Shown here piece after piece: positions 48,113 to 61,481 of a stretch of 64,000 nucleotides of DNA. The notes beneath the pieces are model-generated. The model was given only the letters and a program-made list of their open reading frames with translations, was not told the origin of the DNA and ran no database searches. Origin of the DNA: Narcine bancroftii (lineage: Eukaryota); NCBI RefSeq assembly GCF_036971445.1, contig NC_091470.1, positions 178,436,001-178,500,000 on the forward strand. Reading direction: 5' to 3'. The number at the start of each line of letters is the position of its first letter. The first letter of the stretch is position 1. Position numbers and translations under genes: made by a program.

Positions 48113-51100
48113 ACAGTTTCGATGAATCCCATTCTGTGTTCTTCTCACTTCTTCTTCTTCTTTGGCTTGGCTTCGCGGACGAAGATTTACGGAGGGGGTA
48201 AATGTCCACGTCAGCTGCAGGCTTGTTTGTGGCTGACAAGCCCGATGCGGAACAAGCAGACACGGTTGCAGCGGTTGCAGGGGAAAATTGATTGGTTGGG
48301 GTTGGGTGTTGAGTTTTTCCTCCTTTGCCTTTTGTCAGTGAGGTCACTACGGTTCCGGTGAATCCCATTCGGTGTCCTTCCCACCAGGGTTCCGGTGAAT
48401 CCCATTCGGTGTCCTTCCCACCAGGGTTCCGGTGAATCCCATTCGGTGTCCTTCCCACCAGGGTTCCGGTGAATCCCATTCGGTGTCCTTCCCACCAGGG
48501 TTCCGGTGAATCCCATTCGGTGTCCTTCCCACCAGGGTTCCGGTGAATCCCATTCGGTGTCCTTCCCACCAGGGTTCCGGTGAATCCCATTCGGTGTCCT
48601 TCCCACCAGGGTTCCGGTGAATCCCATTCGGTGTCCTTCCCACCAGGGTTCCGGTGAATCCCATTCGGTGTCCTTCCCACCAGGGTTCCGGTGAATCCCA
48701 TTCGGTGTCCTTCCACCAGGGTTCCGGTGAATCCCATTCGGTGTCCTTCCCACCAGGGTTCCGGTGAATCCCATTCGGTGTCCTTCCCACCAGGGTTCCG
48801 GTGAATCCCATTCGGTGTCCTTCCCACCAGGGTTCCGGTGAATCCCATTCGGTGTCCTTCCCACCAGGGTTCCGGTGAATCCCATTCGGTGTCCTTCCCA
48901 CCAGGGTTCCGGTGAATCCCATTCGGTGTCCTTCCCACCAGGGTTCCGGTGAATCCCATTCGGTGTCCTTCCCACCAGGGTTCCGGTGAATCCCATTCGG
49001 TGTCCTTCCCACCAGGGTTCCGGTGAATCCCATTCGGTGTCCTTCCCACCAGGGTTCCGGTGAATCCCATTCGGTGTCCTTCCCACCAGGGTTCCGGTGA
49101 ATCCCATTCGGTGTCCTTCCCACCAGGGTTCCGGTGAATCCCATTCGGTGTCCTTCCCACCAGGGTTCCGGTGAATCCCATTCGGTGTCCTTCCCACCAG
49201 GGTTCCGGTGAATCCCATTCGGTGTCCTTCCCACCAGGGTTCCGGTGAATCCCATTCGGTGTCCTTCCCACCAGGGTTCCGGTGAATCCCATTCGGTGTC
49301 CTTCCCACCAGGGTTCCGGTGAATCCCATTCGGTGTCCTTCCCACCACGGTTCCGGTGAATCCCATTCGGTGTCCTTCCCACCACGGTTCCGGTGAATCC
49401 CATTCAGTGTCCTTCCCACCACGGTTCCGGTGAATCCCATTCGGTGTCCTTCCCACCACGGTTCCGGTGAATCCCATTCGGTGTCCTTCCCACCACGGTT
49501 CCGGTGAATCCCATTCGGTGTCCTTCCCACCACGGTTCCGGTGAATCCCATTCGGTGTCCTTCCCACCACGGTTCCGGTGAATCCCATTCGGTGTCCTTC
49601 CCACCACGGTTCCGGTGAATCCCATTCGGTGTCCTTCCCACCACGGTTCCGGTGAATCCCATTCGGTGTCCTTCCCACCACGGTTCCGGTGAATCCCATT
49701 CGGTGTCCTTCCCACCACGGTTCCGGTGAATCCCATTCGGTGTCCTTCCCACCACGGTTCCGGTGAATCCCATTCGGTGTCCTTCCCACCACGGTTCCGG
49801 TGAATCCCATTCGGTGTCCTTCCCACCACGGTTCCGGTGAATCCCATTCGGTGTCCTTCCCACCACGGTTCCGGTGAATCCCATTCGGTGTCCTTCCCAC
49901 CACGGTTCCGGTGAATCCCATTCGGTGTCCTTCCCACCACGGTTCCGGTGAATCCCATTCGGTGTCCTTCCCACCACGGTTCCGGTGAATCCCATTCGGT
50001 GTTCTTCCCACCACGGTTCCGGTGAATCCCATTCGGTGTTCTTCCCACCACGGTTCCGGTGAATCCCATTCGGTGTTCTTCCCACCACGGTTCCGGTGAA
50101 TCCCATTCGGTGTTCTTCCCACCACGGTTCCGATGAATCCCATTCGGTGTTCTTCCCACCACGGTTCCGATGAATCCCATTCGGTGTTCTTCCCACCACG
50201 GTTCCGATGAATCCCATTCGGCGTTCTTCCCACTACGGTTCCGATGAATCCCATTCGGCGTTCTTCTCACTACGGTTCCGATGAATCCCATTCGGCGTTC
50301 TTCTCACTACAGTTTCGATGAATCCCATTCTGTGTTCTTCTCACTACAGTTTCGATGAATCCCATTCTGTGTTCTTCTCACTACAGTTTCGATGAATCCC
50401 ATTCTGTGTTCTTCTCACTACATTTCCGATGAATCCCATTCGGTGTTCTTCTCACTACAGTTCCGATGAATCCCATTCGGTGTTCTTCTCACTACAGTTC
50501 CGATGAATCCCATTCGGTGTTCTTCTCACTACAGTTCCGATGAATCCCATTCGGTGTTCTTCTCACTACAGTTCCGATGAATCCCATTCGGTGTTCTTCT
50601 CACTACAGTTCCGATGAATCCCATTCGGTGTTCTTCTCACTACAGTTCCGATGAATCCCATTCGGTGTTCTTCTCACTACAGTTCCGATGAATCCCATTC
50701 TGTGTTCTTCTCACTACGGTTTCGATGAATCCCATTCGGTGTTCTTCTCACTACAGTTTCGATGAATCCCATTCTGTGTTCTTCTCACTACAGTTTCGAT
50801 GAATCCCATTCTGTGTTCTTCTCACTACATTTCCGATGAATCCCATTCGGTGTTCTTCTCACTACGGTTCCGATGAATCCCATTCTGTGTTCTTCTCACT
50901 ACAGTTTCGATGAATCCCATTCTGTGTTCTTCTCACTACAGTTTCGATGAATCCCATTCTGTGTTCTTCTCACTACATTTCCGATGAATCCCATTCGGTG
51001 TTCTTCTCACTACAGTTCCGATGAATCCCATTCGGTGTTCTTCTCACTACAGTTCCGATGAATCCCATTCGGTGTTCTTCCCACCACGGTTCCGATGAAT

Positions 51101-52565
51101 CCCATTCGGTGTTCTTCCCACCACGGTTCCGATGAATCCCATTCGGTGTTCTTCCCACCACGGTTCCGATGAATCCCATTCGGTGTTCTTCCCACCACGG
51201 TTCCGATGAATCCCATTCGGCGTTCTTCCCACTACGGTTCCGATGAATCCCATTCGGCGTTCTTCTCACTACGGTTCCGATGAATCCCATTCGGTGTTCT
51301 TCTCACTACAGTTTCGATGAATCCCATTCTGTGTTCTTCTCACTACAGTTTCGATGAATCCCATTCTGTGTTCTTCTCACTACAGTTTCGATGAATCCCA
51401 TTCTGTGTTCTTCTCACTACATTTCCGATGAATCCCATTCGGTGTTCTTCTCACTACAGTTCCGATGAATCCCATTCGGTGTTCTTCTCACTACAGTTCC
51501 GATGAATCCCATTCGGTGTTCTTCTCACTACAGTTCCGATGAATCCCATTCGGTGTTCTTCTCACTACAGTTCCGATGAATCCCATTCGGTGTTCTTCTC
51601 ACTACAGTTCCGATGAATCCCATTCGGTGTTCTTCTCACTACAGTTCCGATGAATCCCATTCGGTGTTCTTCTCACTACAGTTCCGATGAATCCCATTCT
51701 GTGTTCTTCTCACTACGGTTTCGATGAATCCCATTCGGTGTTCTTCTCACTACAGTTTCGATGAATCCCATTCTGTGTTCTTCTCACTACAGTTTCGATG
51801 AATCCCATTCTGTGTTCTTCTCACTACATTTCCGATGAATCCCATTCGGTGTTCTTCTCACTACGGTTCCGATGAATCCCATTCTGTGTTCTTCTCACTA
51901 CAGTTTCGATGAATCCCATTCTGTGTTCTTCTCACTACATTTCCGATGAATCCCATTCTGTGTTCTTCTCACTACAGTTTCGATGAATCCCATTCGGTGT
52001 TCTTCTCACTACATTTCCGATGAATCCCATTCGGTGTTCTTCTCACTACAGTTCCGATGAATCCCATTCGGTGTTCTTCTCACTACAGTTCCGATGAATC
52101 CCATTCGGTGTTCTTCTCACTACAGTTCCGATGAATCCCATTCGGTGTTCTTCTCACTACAGTTCCGATGAATCCCATTCGGTGTTCTTCTCACTACAGT
52201 TCCGATGAATCCCATTCTGTGTTCTTCTCACTACGGTTTCGATGAATCCCATTCGGTGTTCTTCTCACTACAGTTTCGATGAATCCCATTCGGTGTTCTT
52301 CTCACTACAGTTTCGATGAATCCCATTCTGTGTTCTTCTCACTACAGTTTCGATGAATCCCATTCTGTGTTCTTCTCACTACAGTTTCGATGAATCCCAT
52401 TCTGTGTTCTTCTCACTACATTTCCGATGAATCCCATTCAGTGTTCTTCTCACTACGGTTCCGATGAATCCCATTCTGTGTTCTTCTCACTACAGTTTCG
52501 ATGAATCCCATTCTGTGTTCTTCTCACTACATTTCCGATGAATCCCATTCTGTGTTCTTCTCACT
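48113..52565. repeat. 37-bp satellite/VNTR, about 114 units plus one detached monomer (48113-48149)
   Basis: Units GGTTCCGGTGAATCCCATTCGGTGTCCTTCCCACCAG grading to AGTTTCGATGAATCCCATTCTGTGTTCTTCTCACTAC; head-to-tail with no spacers. Confidence 0.97.
48150..48345 (-). mobile_element. Short 5'-truncated RTE copy at the satellite edge
   Basis: LTDKRQRRKN..CNRCNRVCLFRIGLVSH; (GAA)n tail. Confidence 0.92.
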
Positions 52566-52962
52566 CGCCAGTTACAATTCAGCAGCAGATGTTTATGACC
52601 CAATGATTACCGTTTGAAACAAATACCAGGGAGAGAAATCTCACTCAATAACATCTCAGTGGCTCATTTCTTTTTTACTTGAAATTTTAATTTTCTTGGG
52701 ACTCACATACAACAATATTACTTGCGTCTTCTAAATCGTATTTCAAAATTAGAGCCCAAATCCTACTCCCAACTGCTAACATGAAAACATTTGTTCAAAT
52801 ACAAGGGGCGTCTGAGCCTTCATTAATCAGTCCCTGACCTGACTACAGTACAACTCCGATTATCCAAAATCAGATATCCTAATTTATCCAAAATTTAAAA
52901 AAGAATTTTGAATAAATGAGGTGATCTGAAACAATCCAAAATCCTCATTTAATCTGAATTTA

Positions 52963-53162
52963 NNNNNNNNNNNNNNNNNNNNNNNNNNNNNNNNNNNNNN
53001 NNNNNNNNNNNNNNNNNNNNNNNNNNNNNNNNNNNNNNNNNNNNNNNNNNNNNNNNNNNNNNNNNNNNNNNNNNNNNNNNNNNNNNNNNNNNNNNNNNNN
53101 NNNNNNNNNNNNNNNNNNNNNNNNNNNNNNNNNNNNNNNNNNNNNNNNNNNNNNNNNNNNNN
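52963..53162. other. Assembly gap (200 N)
   Basis: Run of N. Confidence 1.
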
Positions 53163-54330
53163 TAGAGGGGTGGGAGAGGGGAGAGGGTGGGAGAGGGGAG
53201 AGGGGTGGGGAGAGGGCTGGGAGAGGGGTGGGAGAGGGGAGAGGGGTGGGAGAGGGGAGAGGGGTGGGAGAGGGGAGAGGGGTGGGGAGAGGGGAGAGGG
53301 GTGGGAGAGGGGAGAGGGTGGGAGAGGGAGAGGGCTGGGGAGAGGGAGAGGGCTGGGGAGAGGGGAGAGGGCTGGGGAGAGGGGAGAGGGCTGGGGAGAG
53401 GGGAGAGGGCTGGGAGAGGGGAGAGGGGTGGGGAGAGGGGCTGGGAGAGGGCTGGGGAGAGGGCTGGGGAGAGGGCTGGGGAGAGGGCTGGGAGAGGGCT
53501 GGGAGAGGGCTGGGGAGAGGGCTGGGAGAGGGCTGGGGAGAGGGCTGGAGAGGGCTGGGAGAGGGCTGGGGAGAGGGCTGGGGAGAGGGCTGGGGAGAGG
53601 GCTGGGGAGAGGCTGGGAGAGGGCTGGGGAGAGGCTGGGGAGAGGGCTGGGGAGAGGGCTGGGAGAGGGCTGGGGAGAGGGCTGGGGAGAGGGGAGAGGG
53701 GTGGGGAGAGGGCTGGGAGAGGGGAGAGGGGTGGGGAGAGGGGAGAGGGGTGGGGAGAGGGGTGGGGAGAGGGGAGAGGGGTGGGGAGAGGGGTGGGGAG
53801 AGGGGAGAGGGTGGGGAGAGGGGAGAGGGGTGGGGAGAGGGAGAGAGGTGGAGAGAGGTGGGGAGAGGGGAGAGAGGTGGGGAGAGGGGAGAGAGGTGGG
53901 GAGAGGGGAGAGAGGTGGGGAGAGGGGAGAGAGGTGGGGAGAGGGGAGAGAGGTGGGGAGAGGGAGAGGCGGGTGGGGAGAGGGAGAGGCGGGTGGGAGA
54001 GGGGAGAGGCGGGTGGGGAGAGGGGAGAGGCGGGTGGGGAGAGGGGAGAGGCGGGTGGGGAGAGGGGCGGGGAGGGAGAGGCGGGGAGGAGAGGCGGGGA
54101 GGGAGAGGCGGGGAGGAGAGGCGGGGAGGAGAGGCGGGGGAGGGAGAGGCGGGAGGGAAGAGGCGGGGAGGGAAGAGGCGGGAGGGAGAGGGGGAGGGAG
54201 AGGGGGGGAGGAGAGGGGGGGAGGGAGAGGGGGGGAGGGAGAGGGGGGAGGAGAGGGGGGAGGGAGAGGGGGGAGAGGTGGGGAGGGAGAGGGGGGAGGG
54301 AGGGAGAGTGGTGGGAGAAAGGGGGTGGGG
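53163..54330. repeat. G-rich low-complexity repeat (GGGAGAGGG variants), G-quadruplex-prone
   Basis: Dense G-runs beside the gap. Confidence 0.9.
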
Positions 54331-54894
54331 GAGAAAGGATGAGAGATGTGAGAAGGTGGTGGAGGGGCAAAGGTGGAAGGAAATTGAGGAGATCTGGGGC
54401 CCTGTGCATCTCCATCCCCCCGTCTCTCCCCATTCTAGTGACCCTCACCCCCCAACATTAGCCCCTCCCCCTTTCTTACCCCCCCCCCCCAACCACTCAG
54501 TGCCAAAGGTGGAAACATACAAAGTGGTCTCCAAGCTGAGAAGTGGGGCACAGGCACATCAGGAGGGTGAAGCCAGTCCCCCAGACAGAGGCCATACCCC
54601 CACCCTCAACATCCCTGAGAGTGCGGGCATGTTGGGGGGTGGGTGGTGTCTACCTGGGACCCCCAGGGGATGGCAAAGGAAAGTGTCCTATGTGGGATTG
54701 GGGTCCAGGAGGGGGAAGGTCACACCCAAAGGGACGGGTGTGAGGGAGAGCCCTGTGTGCGATTCCGGGGGGGGGGGCGGGGTAAGGTGGGTGAGGGAAG
54801 GGTATCCTCAAAGGGGAATGGGTCCCAGCGCAAGGTGGGGGGAACAGGGGATCCTCGAGTGGGGAGGTGCCAAGACAACACATCCTTCTCTCCG

Positions 54895-56850
54895 GGTCAG
54901 AATCGGAGTTTTGTTGTTTTGCAGCAGCGTCACAGACCAAACATTTATCTAAACCACCTTACAAAATAAATAGAAATAGTGAATGATAAGTCAGATGGGG
55001 GAGGGGGGGAAGAAGCCGCCCTTGTGTCTTCAGGCTCCTGGACTTTCTCGCCACTGGTAGCAGAGTGAAGAGGACCTGGCCTGGGGGTGGGGTCCATGAG
55101 AGAGAGAGGCTGCTTTTTTAAGACATTGATTCATGTCGATGTCCTCCATGGAGTGGCGTCTGGTGCCCGTGATGTCACAGGCCAATTTCGCAACCCTCTG
55201 GAGTTTATTCTTGTCCTGAGTGTTGGCGCCTCCGACCCAGACTGTGATGCAGCCAGAATGCTCTCCCCAGTCCAGCGGTAAAAATTTAAATGTAGACATA
55301 CAGCATGGTAACAGGCCCTTTCGGCCCATGAGTCCCTGCCAACCAACTAACCTACAAGCCCTGGTACGATATGAAGGGTGGGAGGATACTAGAGACCCCG
55401 GGGTAAACCAACACAGACATGGGAAGAATGTACAAACTCCTCACAGACAGCATGGGATTCCAACACCAATCCCAATTGCTGGTGCTAAACGCTACGCTGG
55501 AGTCCTGGGTGACGGACCGAATCTCCTCAAATTCCTCAACCTTCTTAGTGTTTAATTTCCCACTGCTGAGCCCTCGATGAGGACTGATTCGTGTTGCCCT
55601 GAAGTCCACAATCACATTGGTATGTTGAGCGCAAGGTTGTTGTCGTCACGCCAGTTAATGAGCTGATCGACCTCCCTCCTGTGCGCTTCCGTTTGTGATT
55701 CTGCCAATAACCGTGGTGTCATCGGCAAACATGTCGATGGTATCGGAATTGTGCCTGGCCACACGGTCGTGGGTGTGTAGTGAGTAGAGCAGTGGGCTAA
55801 GCCCACATCCTTGAGGGGCATCTGAGATGGTCATCAGTGAGGAGGAGACGTGTTTCCAATTCGTTCAGACTGGTCTTCTGATGAGCAAGTCAAAGATCCA
55901 GTTGGAAAGGGGGGCCTAAGGTTGGGAGATTGTTGACCAGGAATGAGGGAATAATGGTGTTGAAGGCCGAGCTGTAGTTGATGAAGAGCAGACGCATGTA
56001 GGAGTTGCTGTTTTCGAAGTGATCCAGAGCTGATTGAGATTGCATCTGCTGTGACATCGGTGAATTGCTGTGGGTCCAGATCTTTGCTTGGGTCACGTTA
56101 ATTACAGTAGAAGTTAGTGCTACTGGGCGTTAGTCATCAAGGTAGCTCCCACTGGGATGATTGATGGCCCTTTGAAGCAGGTGGGAACCTCCGACTGCAG
56201 CAGAGAGAGGTTGAAAATGTCCATGACAACTCCGGCTGGTTGGTTGGCGCAGATCTTCAGTCCCTTGCCAGGTTCGTCTGACTCACTGTGAGGACTCACC
56301 ATCTTGGATGACATCGGCCTCAGAGACAGGAACCCCAGCCTTTTGCGGTGATTCAAATGGGCACAGTTAAATTGTCAGTCTCGAAGTGTGCATAGAATGT
56401 GTTCTGCTCACCGAGCAGAGAAACATCACAGCCGTCTATAGTGGTCACCTCGCTTTGTAGGCCGTACTGCTCTCCCTGCCACAACCGGCGAGGATTGAAG
56501 TCCCCCAAGATGATCAGGAAGGCATCCGGATGTGCTGCCTCGTGGCTGTTAACCATAGGGTCAGTCCCAACATACACGGCGACCAGGATGATGGTGGTGA
56601 ACTCCCTCAGCAGGTAGAATGGGCGACACTTGATCGCCAGATCTTCCAGATCGGGGGAGCTGGACTGGGACACAACCGTCACGTCTGTGCACCTCGATGA
56701 TGACACAAATGTCACCTCCCCTGGTTTATCCAGACGCCGGTGTTCGGTCAGTGTGGTGGAGGGCGTAGCCCACAGGCTGTAGTGACGTGTCTGGAATATA
56801 TCTGCGTTTACGCAAGTTTCTGCGAAGCACATCATACAGCACTTCCTGAA
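54895..56850 (-). mobile_element. Degenerate Rex1/Babar-like LINE (EN-RT remnants) with a SINE inserted at ~55280-55497
   Basis: KCRPFYLLREFT, ILGDFN, LLFINYSSAFNTI, WRDDNNLALN, CITVWVGG. Confidence 0.8.
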
Positions 56851-56854
56851 GTTC

Positions 56855-57115
56855 ATGACAGTGCGGCCTTCCCCCCGGGGTCCGTGACAACGCGGCCTTC
56901 CCCTCGGGGTCTGTGACAATGCGGCCTTCCCCCCGGGGTCTGTAACAAAGCGGACTTCTCCCCGGGGTCCGTGACAATGTGGCCTTCCCCCTGGGGTCTG
57001 TGACAAAGCGGCCTTCTCCCCAGGATCCGTGACAACGTGGCCCTCCCCCCGGGGACCGTGACAACGCGGTCTTCTCCCCGGGGACAGTGACAACACAGCC
57101 TTCTCCCCGAGGTCT
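56855..57115. repeat. 29-bp minisatellite, about 9 copies
   Basis: GTGACAA..GGCCTTCCCCCCGGGGTC every 29 nt (56884, 56913, ... 57087). Confidence 0.88.
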
Positions 57116-58209
57116 GTTCCTGCCATCTGTCTGAAAGGGTGTAGCTGGGATAGAGAAGGGGATGGGAGGTAGAGAGGGAGGGGTGGGGAGTAGAGAGGGC
57201 CAGGGGGAGAAGAAAGATGGGGCAACAATGTACTTTCTTACAATACTTATGAATAACAGAAAAGGTTAAATGGAATTAATTATGATAGATCATTGAAATT
57301 ACGCCCAGTTCTTCACGACAAGATTAAAAAGGTTAGGGAATTAGAACTTGCAAGACCCTTATCTAAGGATCTATGGGACAAGATTCTGAAACTGGTGAAT
57401 ACATCTTCAATATGTGCCTGACATTCATTAATCCATCGTGTTCACAAAAATAAGTTGGCTCATATCCTTTCTCATATTAATCCTACTTGTTTTTTAATAT
57501 TTTATTTATTCAACATATATATTGTCAAGAATTAAGATTATACCAGAAGGATATAATAAAATGCTGAAACTCTATATTTAAATACTAAAATCTAAAAACT
57601 CCTTTTGGCCACCCTCCCCCTAAACTTATCCCAAAACTAAAATACAAGATATTTCATTATAAAACGGTAACAAGTAATTAATTTGGATTGTGTCAGTTGA
57701 CACTCAAAGATCTCAAAAACTTAATAAAGTTATTATACTTTTATGGAAATATTCACTGATCATAAAACCCAACTTGTTTCAGATGCAAATCTGATATTGT
57801 TACTTCGAGAACTATGTTTTGGTCGTGTCCGTCCATAGAAATCGAAATTTTTAATATCTTTTCAACTGTACCCCAAGTGGAGTTATGATCCAGCCCAACA
57901 ACTGCTCTCTTTTGACCCAGATGCAGGGAGTTTCTCTGTCCCTGTGCATCGGGCTGTGGCCTTCTCTACACTGTTGGCTCGAAGAGCCGTCGTACTCAAA
58001 CGGGAAGACTCCAGGCGCCCAATGGTTCTCTGGCATTATGTCCTGTTTAAGTTGAGAAAAAAAACTCGTTATCACGTGTTTGGTGAAATGTGAAGATACA
58101 TGGTGATCTTTTCTGCCTTGTTTTCACTGGATGTAATTTTTTTTAAAAATGTAATTAGATCTTCCAGATGAGATGGTGTCTTAACCTTTGTGTTTTGATT
58201 CACGGTCTG

Positions 58210-58395
58210 TGTGGTGAGATGTAATTACACCACTACGTCACCAGGGGTCATCCCAGTTACCTTGTCTATAAAGCAGTCCAGAGCTACAGTCTGGCCTTCC
58301 AGGTCCGTCTTGCAGAAACAAGACCTCTTAGTGCACATATTAGTTTATTTAAGCTGTCTTATACTAGCACTGCTGGTGTAGTTATTGTCAGTACA
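58210..58395 (+). mobile_element. Solo LTR of the 15461-20604 Gypsy family
   Basis: Matches the LTR end to end; TG..CA; perfect TSD GTCTG. Confidence 0.95.
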
Positions 58396-60079
58396 GTCTG
58401 AATCAAGAGCTACAAAATGTATGCAACCCTCGGGATAAGCTGCTCAGATGTTTTAAATAATAGAATAGGATTTTGACTAATCTTTTGATATCTTCTCTCA
58501 GAGCAGTGGAGGGGTTCCGAGAAAACTGTTTTAAGTTTTATCTTGATATACACATGTGTGATATTGTTTTTCCAATTTTGTTCCATCTGTACCTGTATTT
58601 ATCATAAAAACCAATTTAAAAAAAGATCAAAAGAGAAATAATCGTTCAGAGGGATAAAAGCCAAGCACAGGTACATGGGACTGGTTTAGAGAGGGACTGG
58701 GGGCAGCAGGACTGGTTGAGCTGAAGGGCCTACTTGCACACGTCTCCAATCCAGGGATCTATTTGTTGCCCCCACAAGAGAGGTCTGCTCTTGGGTGGGG
58801 AAATCCCATTTCCTAGGCAGGGGGCCTTGTCGCGCGTGGGAGCTAGGGCAGCAGGGTTGGGTGATTGACGCGCGGGGCAGTGGGCAGACCGAAGCCTTGC
58901 TGGCTGACAGCCCTTGCCTTAGGGAGACCGCACGTCAAGGTAGAGTGGCCGCCCCACCCAACCACCCATCCCCCCACTCACCCAACCAACCACCCAGAGG
59001 GGCACCACTACGGCCCAGGGAGCATTCTACAAGCTGGCCACTCGCTAGATTAAATATGAGGCTTTGCTGGACAGAGAATCCCACAGCTTTGACATTTTAT
59101 TGTCAAGTAATAAAACAGAAATTGTTATTACACAAAGTTCCCTTTAGTCGACTGTAAGGCAGATAAAGATTCACCGTTGGCAGAAATGTCTTGGTGCCCC
59201 TTCCAGTCTCCCCCCCCAGCGTCCATGGGTTCACCTCCAGCTCCCACAGCCTCCAGATCCAAATCTCCGACACGGTCAGGAAGCCCCTTTCTCACATCCC
59301 AGTTCCCCTTCAGCCAGTCCCCGGCCCTCGTCCGAAGTTGCCCGCAGCCACACAGCCCCTGCTGACCTCACCTTTGGGAACCCTCGAGTGACAGGTCCCT
59401 TGCCCTCCTGCCTTGCTTTGCCAATCATCCATCCCACGAGAACCTGGGAAGGCTCCAGGCCCCTTGACTTGCACCCCACCACACTGACACAGGCCCCAAT
59501 TCTCCCCCCTCCCCTGCCAAGGCCCAAGTTCATCCTGCATCCAGGGACCCTTCGTGGAACCATCCTGGGGCTCTCTCAGGAGAGGGAGGTTTCAGGGCAC
59601 TGCGACAAAGCCAGTCAGGAAATAGAAGGTGGGAGGGGTCTGCATTTAACCTGCATTCGCCGTCCGGAAGCAAGGCACAGAGTGGCCGGGGGGCCTGAGG
59701 GGGGTGGGGGGTGAGAGGTCAACGAGGGAGAGCCCTGGAAGGGATGCAGGACCTTCTGTGGCTCTGGTACCGTGATCACCTGTGGGGCGGGGGGGCAGTC
59801 AGCTCTGCCCAGGAGGGGCCAGAGGTTCCCCTTGGCAGGTCGCACAGAGCGCTGCTGGGGTTCCCGTTCCCCGCAGGGGACGGACACCAGGCCGGCCACC
59901 CCACGAGGACCCATCCCCCCTCAGTATGCGAAACAGAGGGAGGTGGTGTATTGGGGAGTGTCGCCCCGTATCTATCCCCCATCCCTTTCTGTGGGACTGA
60001 GTGAGGGAGGAAGAATGACCCCGTACGTACCCTCTCTGTGGGATAGTATCAAGGGATTCAGGGGAGCCAGTGCGAATGG

Positions 60080-60530
60080 GAGGAGGGGGGGTTAGATATA
60101 GAAGTTATCAGAAGAGGCTAGATGAGTGACAGTCAGGACAGGGAAAGAGAACAGGCAGGCAGTGCAGGGCTCCCCTCAATAACATTTTGGATAGTGTTGG
60201 GGGGGAGGAATGACCCACCAGGGACAAGCTACGGTGATCAGGTCTCTGGCACGGAGTCTTCCCTGTGGCTGAGAAGGGAAGAGAGGAGAGGCGAGCTGTA
60301 GTGAGAGGGGATTCCATCGTTAGGGGGACAGATGAGAGGTTCAGTGGAGGGGATCGAGTATCAGGATGGTACGTTGTCTCCCTGGTGCCAGTGTCCGAGA
60401 TAAATTCTATCGAGCTCACGACATCCTCAGGAGGGAAGGTGGTCTATATGGGGACCAATGACGTGGATTGGAAGGGTGAGGAGAGTTTAGGGAGATGGGC
60501 ACTAGGTTGAAGGACAGGACTTCCAGGGTT
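60080..60530 (+). mobile_element. CR1 ORF1 (SGNH esterase-like) remnant
   Basis: RAVVRGDSIVRGTD..MGTND motifs. Confidence 0.7.
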
Positions 60531-60698
60531 TATTCTGTGGGCACTGCTCGTTCCCCAACCTCCACCCCTCACATCTGCCCCCGTCGCACTGCCCCACGGA
60601 AGCCCACCAGGCAGATTAGCCCTGCAGCAGTGCCTAGGATCGCTCCAGGACAGGCCCGGTTAGGCCGTCCCAGAGCCCGCGGCCTTCCCTTGCCCAGT

Positions 60699-60847
60699 TC
60701 ACAGCCACCAGAAGTAGAGGACCATGACAAAGATGCAGACGCCGGTGGCAGCCATCTTGGTGAAGCGAGACCGGGAGTTGAGCTCCTTGGCGTCAGTCTG
60801 GTACTTCTTGGAGAGGCTGGAGAGGTTGCTGGCTTTGGTGTTGAGGG
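60699..60847 (-). CDS. SEC22B: SEC22B-like R-SNARE, last coding exon (SNARE C-half and TM anchor)
   Basis: (A)[48 protein letters not shown]; ctctcctcag acceptor; absent from the ORF track. Confidence 0.92.
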
Positions 60848-61481
60848 CTGAGGAGAGAGGGAGAGAGAGTGGGCCTTAGGGGGCAGGCAGGAGGGAGAGA
60901 GAGAGTGGTCCTTAGGGAGCAGGCAGGAGGGGGAGAGAGAGTGGGCCTTAGGGGCGGGCAGGAGGGGGAGAGAGAGTGGGCCTTAGGGGGCAGGCAGGAG
61001 GGGGAGAGAGAGTGGGCCTTAGGGGCGGGCAGGAGGGGGAGAGAGAGCGGCCCTTGGGGGCGAGCAGGAGGGGGTGCGAGGCCGAGCAGGGGCAGGCAGG
61101 AGGCTGAGAGAGGGCCTGGAGGAGAGAGGTTTAGAGAGGGCCTCAGGGGCAGGAGGCGAGGGGATCCTCAGGGGTGGGAAGAGCAAGGGGGGGAAGAATG
61201 TATAGGGGGAAGGCAGAGGGGAGGGCGGGCAGCTGGGGGGGGTGACAAGTGGGGTCGGAAGGGGCATCGTGTGTGGAGCAAACCCCTGAGAGCTGGAGGA
61301 GCTCAGAGCCTATGTCAGGACCCTTCACCCAGACAGGGATAGGAATGGTCACATCCCCACCAGTGATAGACTCTGCTCCCACACCCCCCCCCCCACCGTC
61401 AAACCCCTATCAGCGGTGAGGTGTCTGTCCGAGCTCAGCTTGGGGGGGGGGGGGGCGGGTCGGGGGTGGGAGCATCCTCAC

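Noticed and set aside
48345-52565. CRISPR-like array (37-bp repeats) or 600-aa repeat proteins
   Set aside because: Units are head-to-tail with no unique spacers and no cas genes, in eukaryotic DNA; the ORFs arise from a stop-free 37-mer read through all three frames
52949-54952. 400-570 aa low-complexity ORFs
   Set aside because: G-rich simple repeat beside or crossing an N gap
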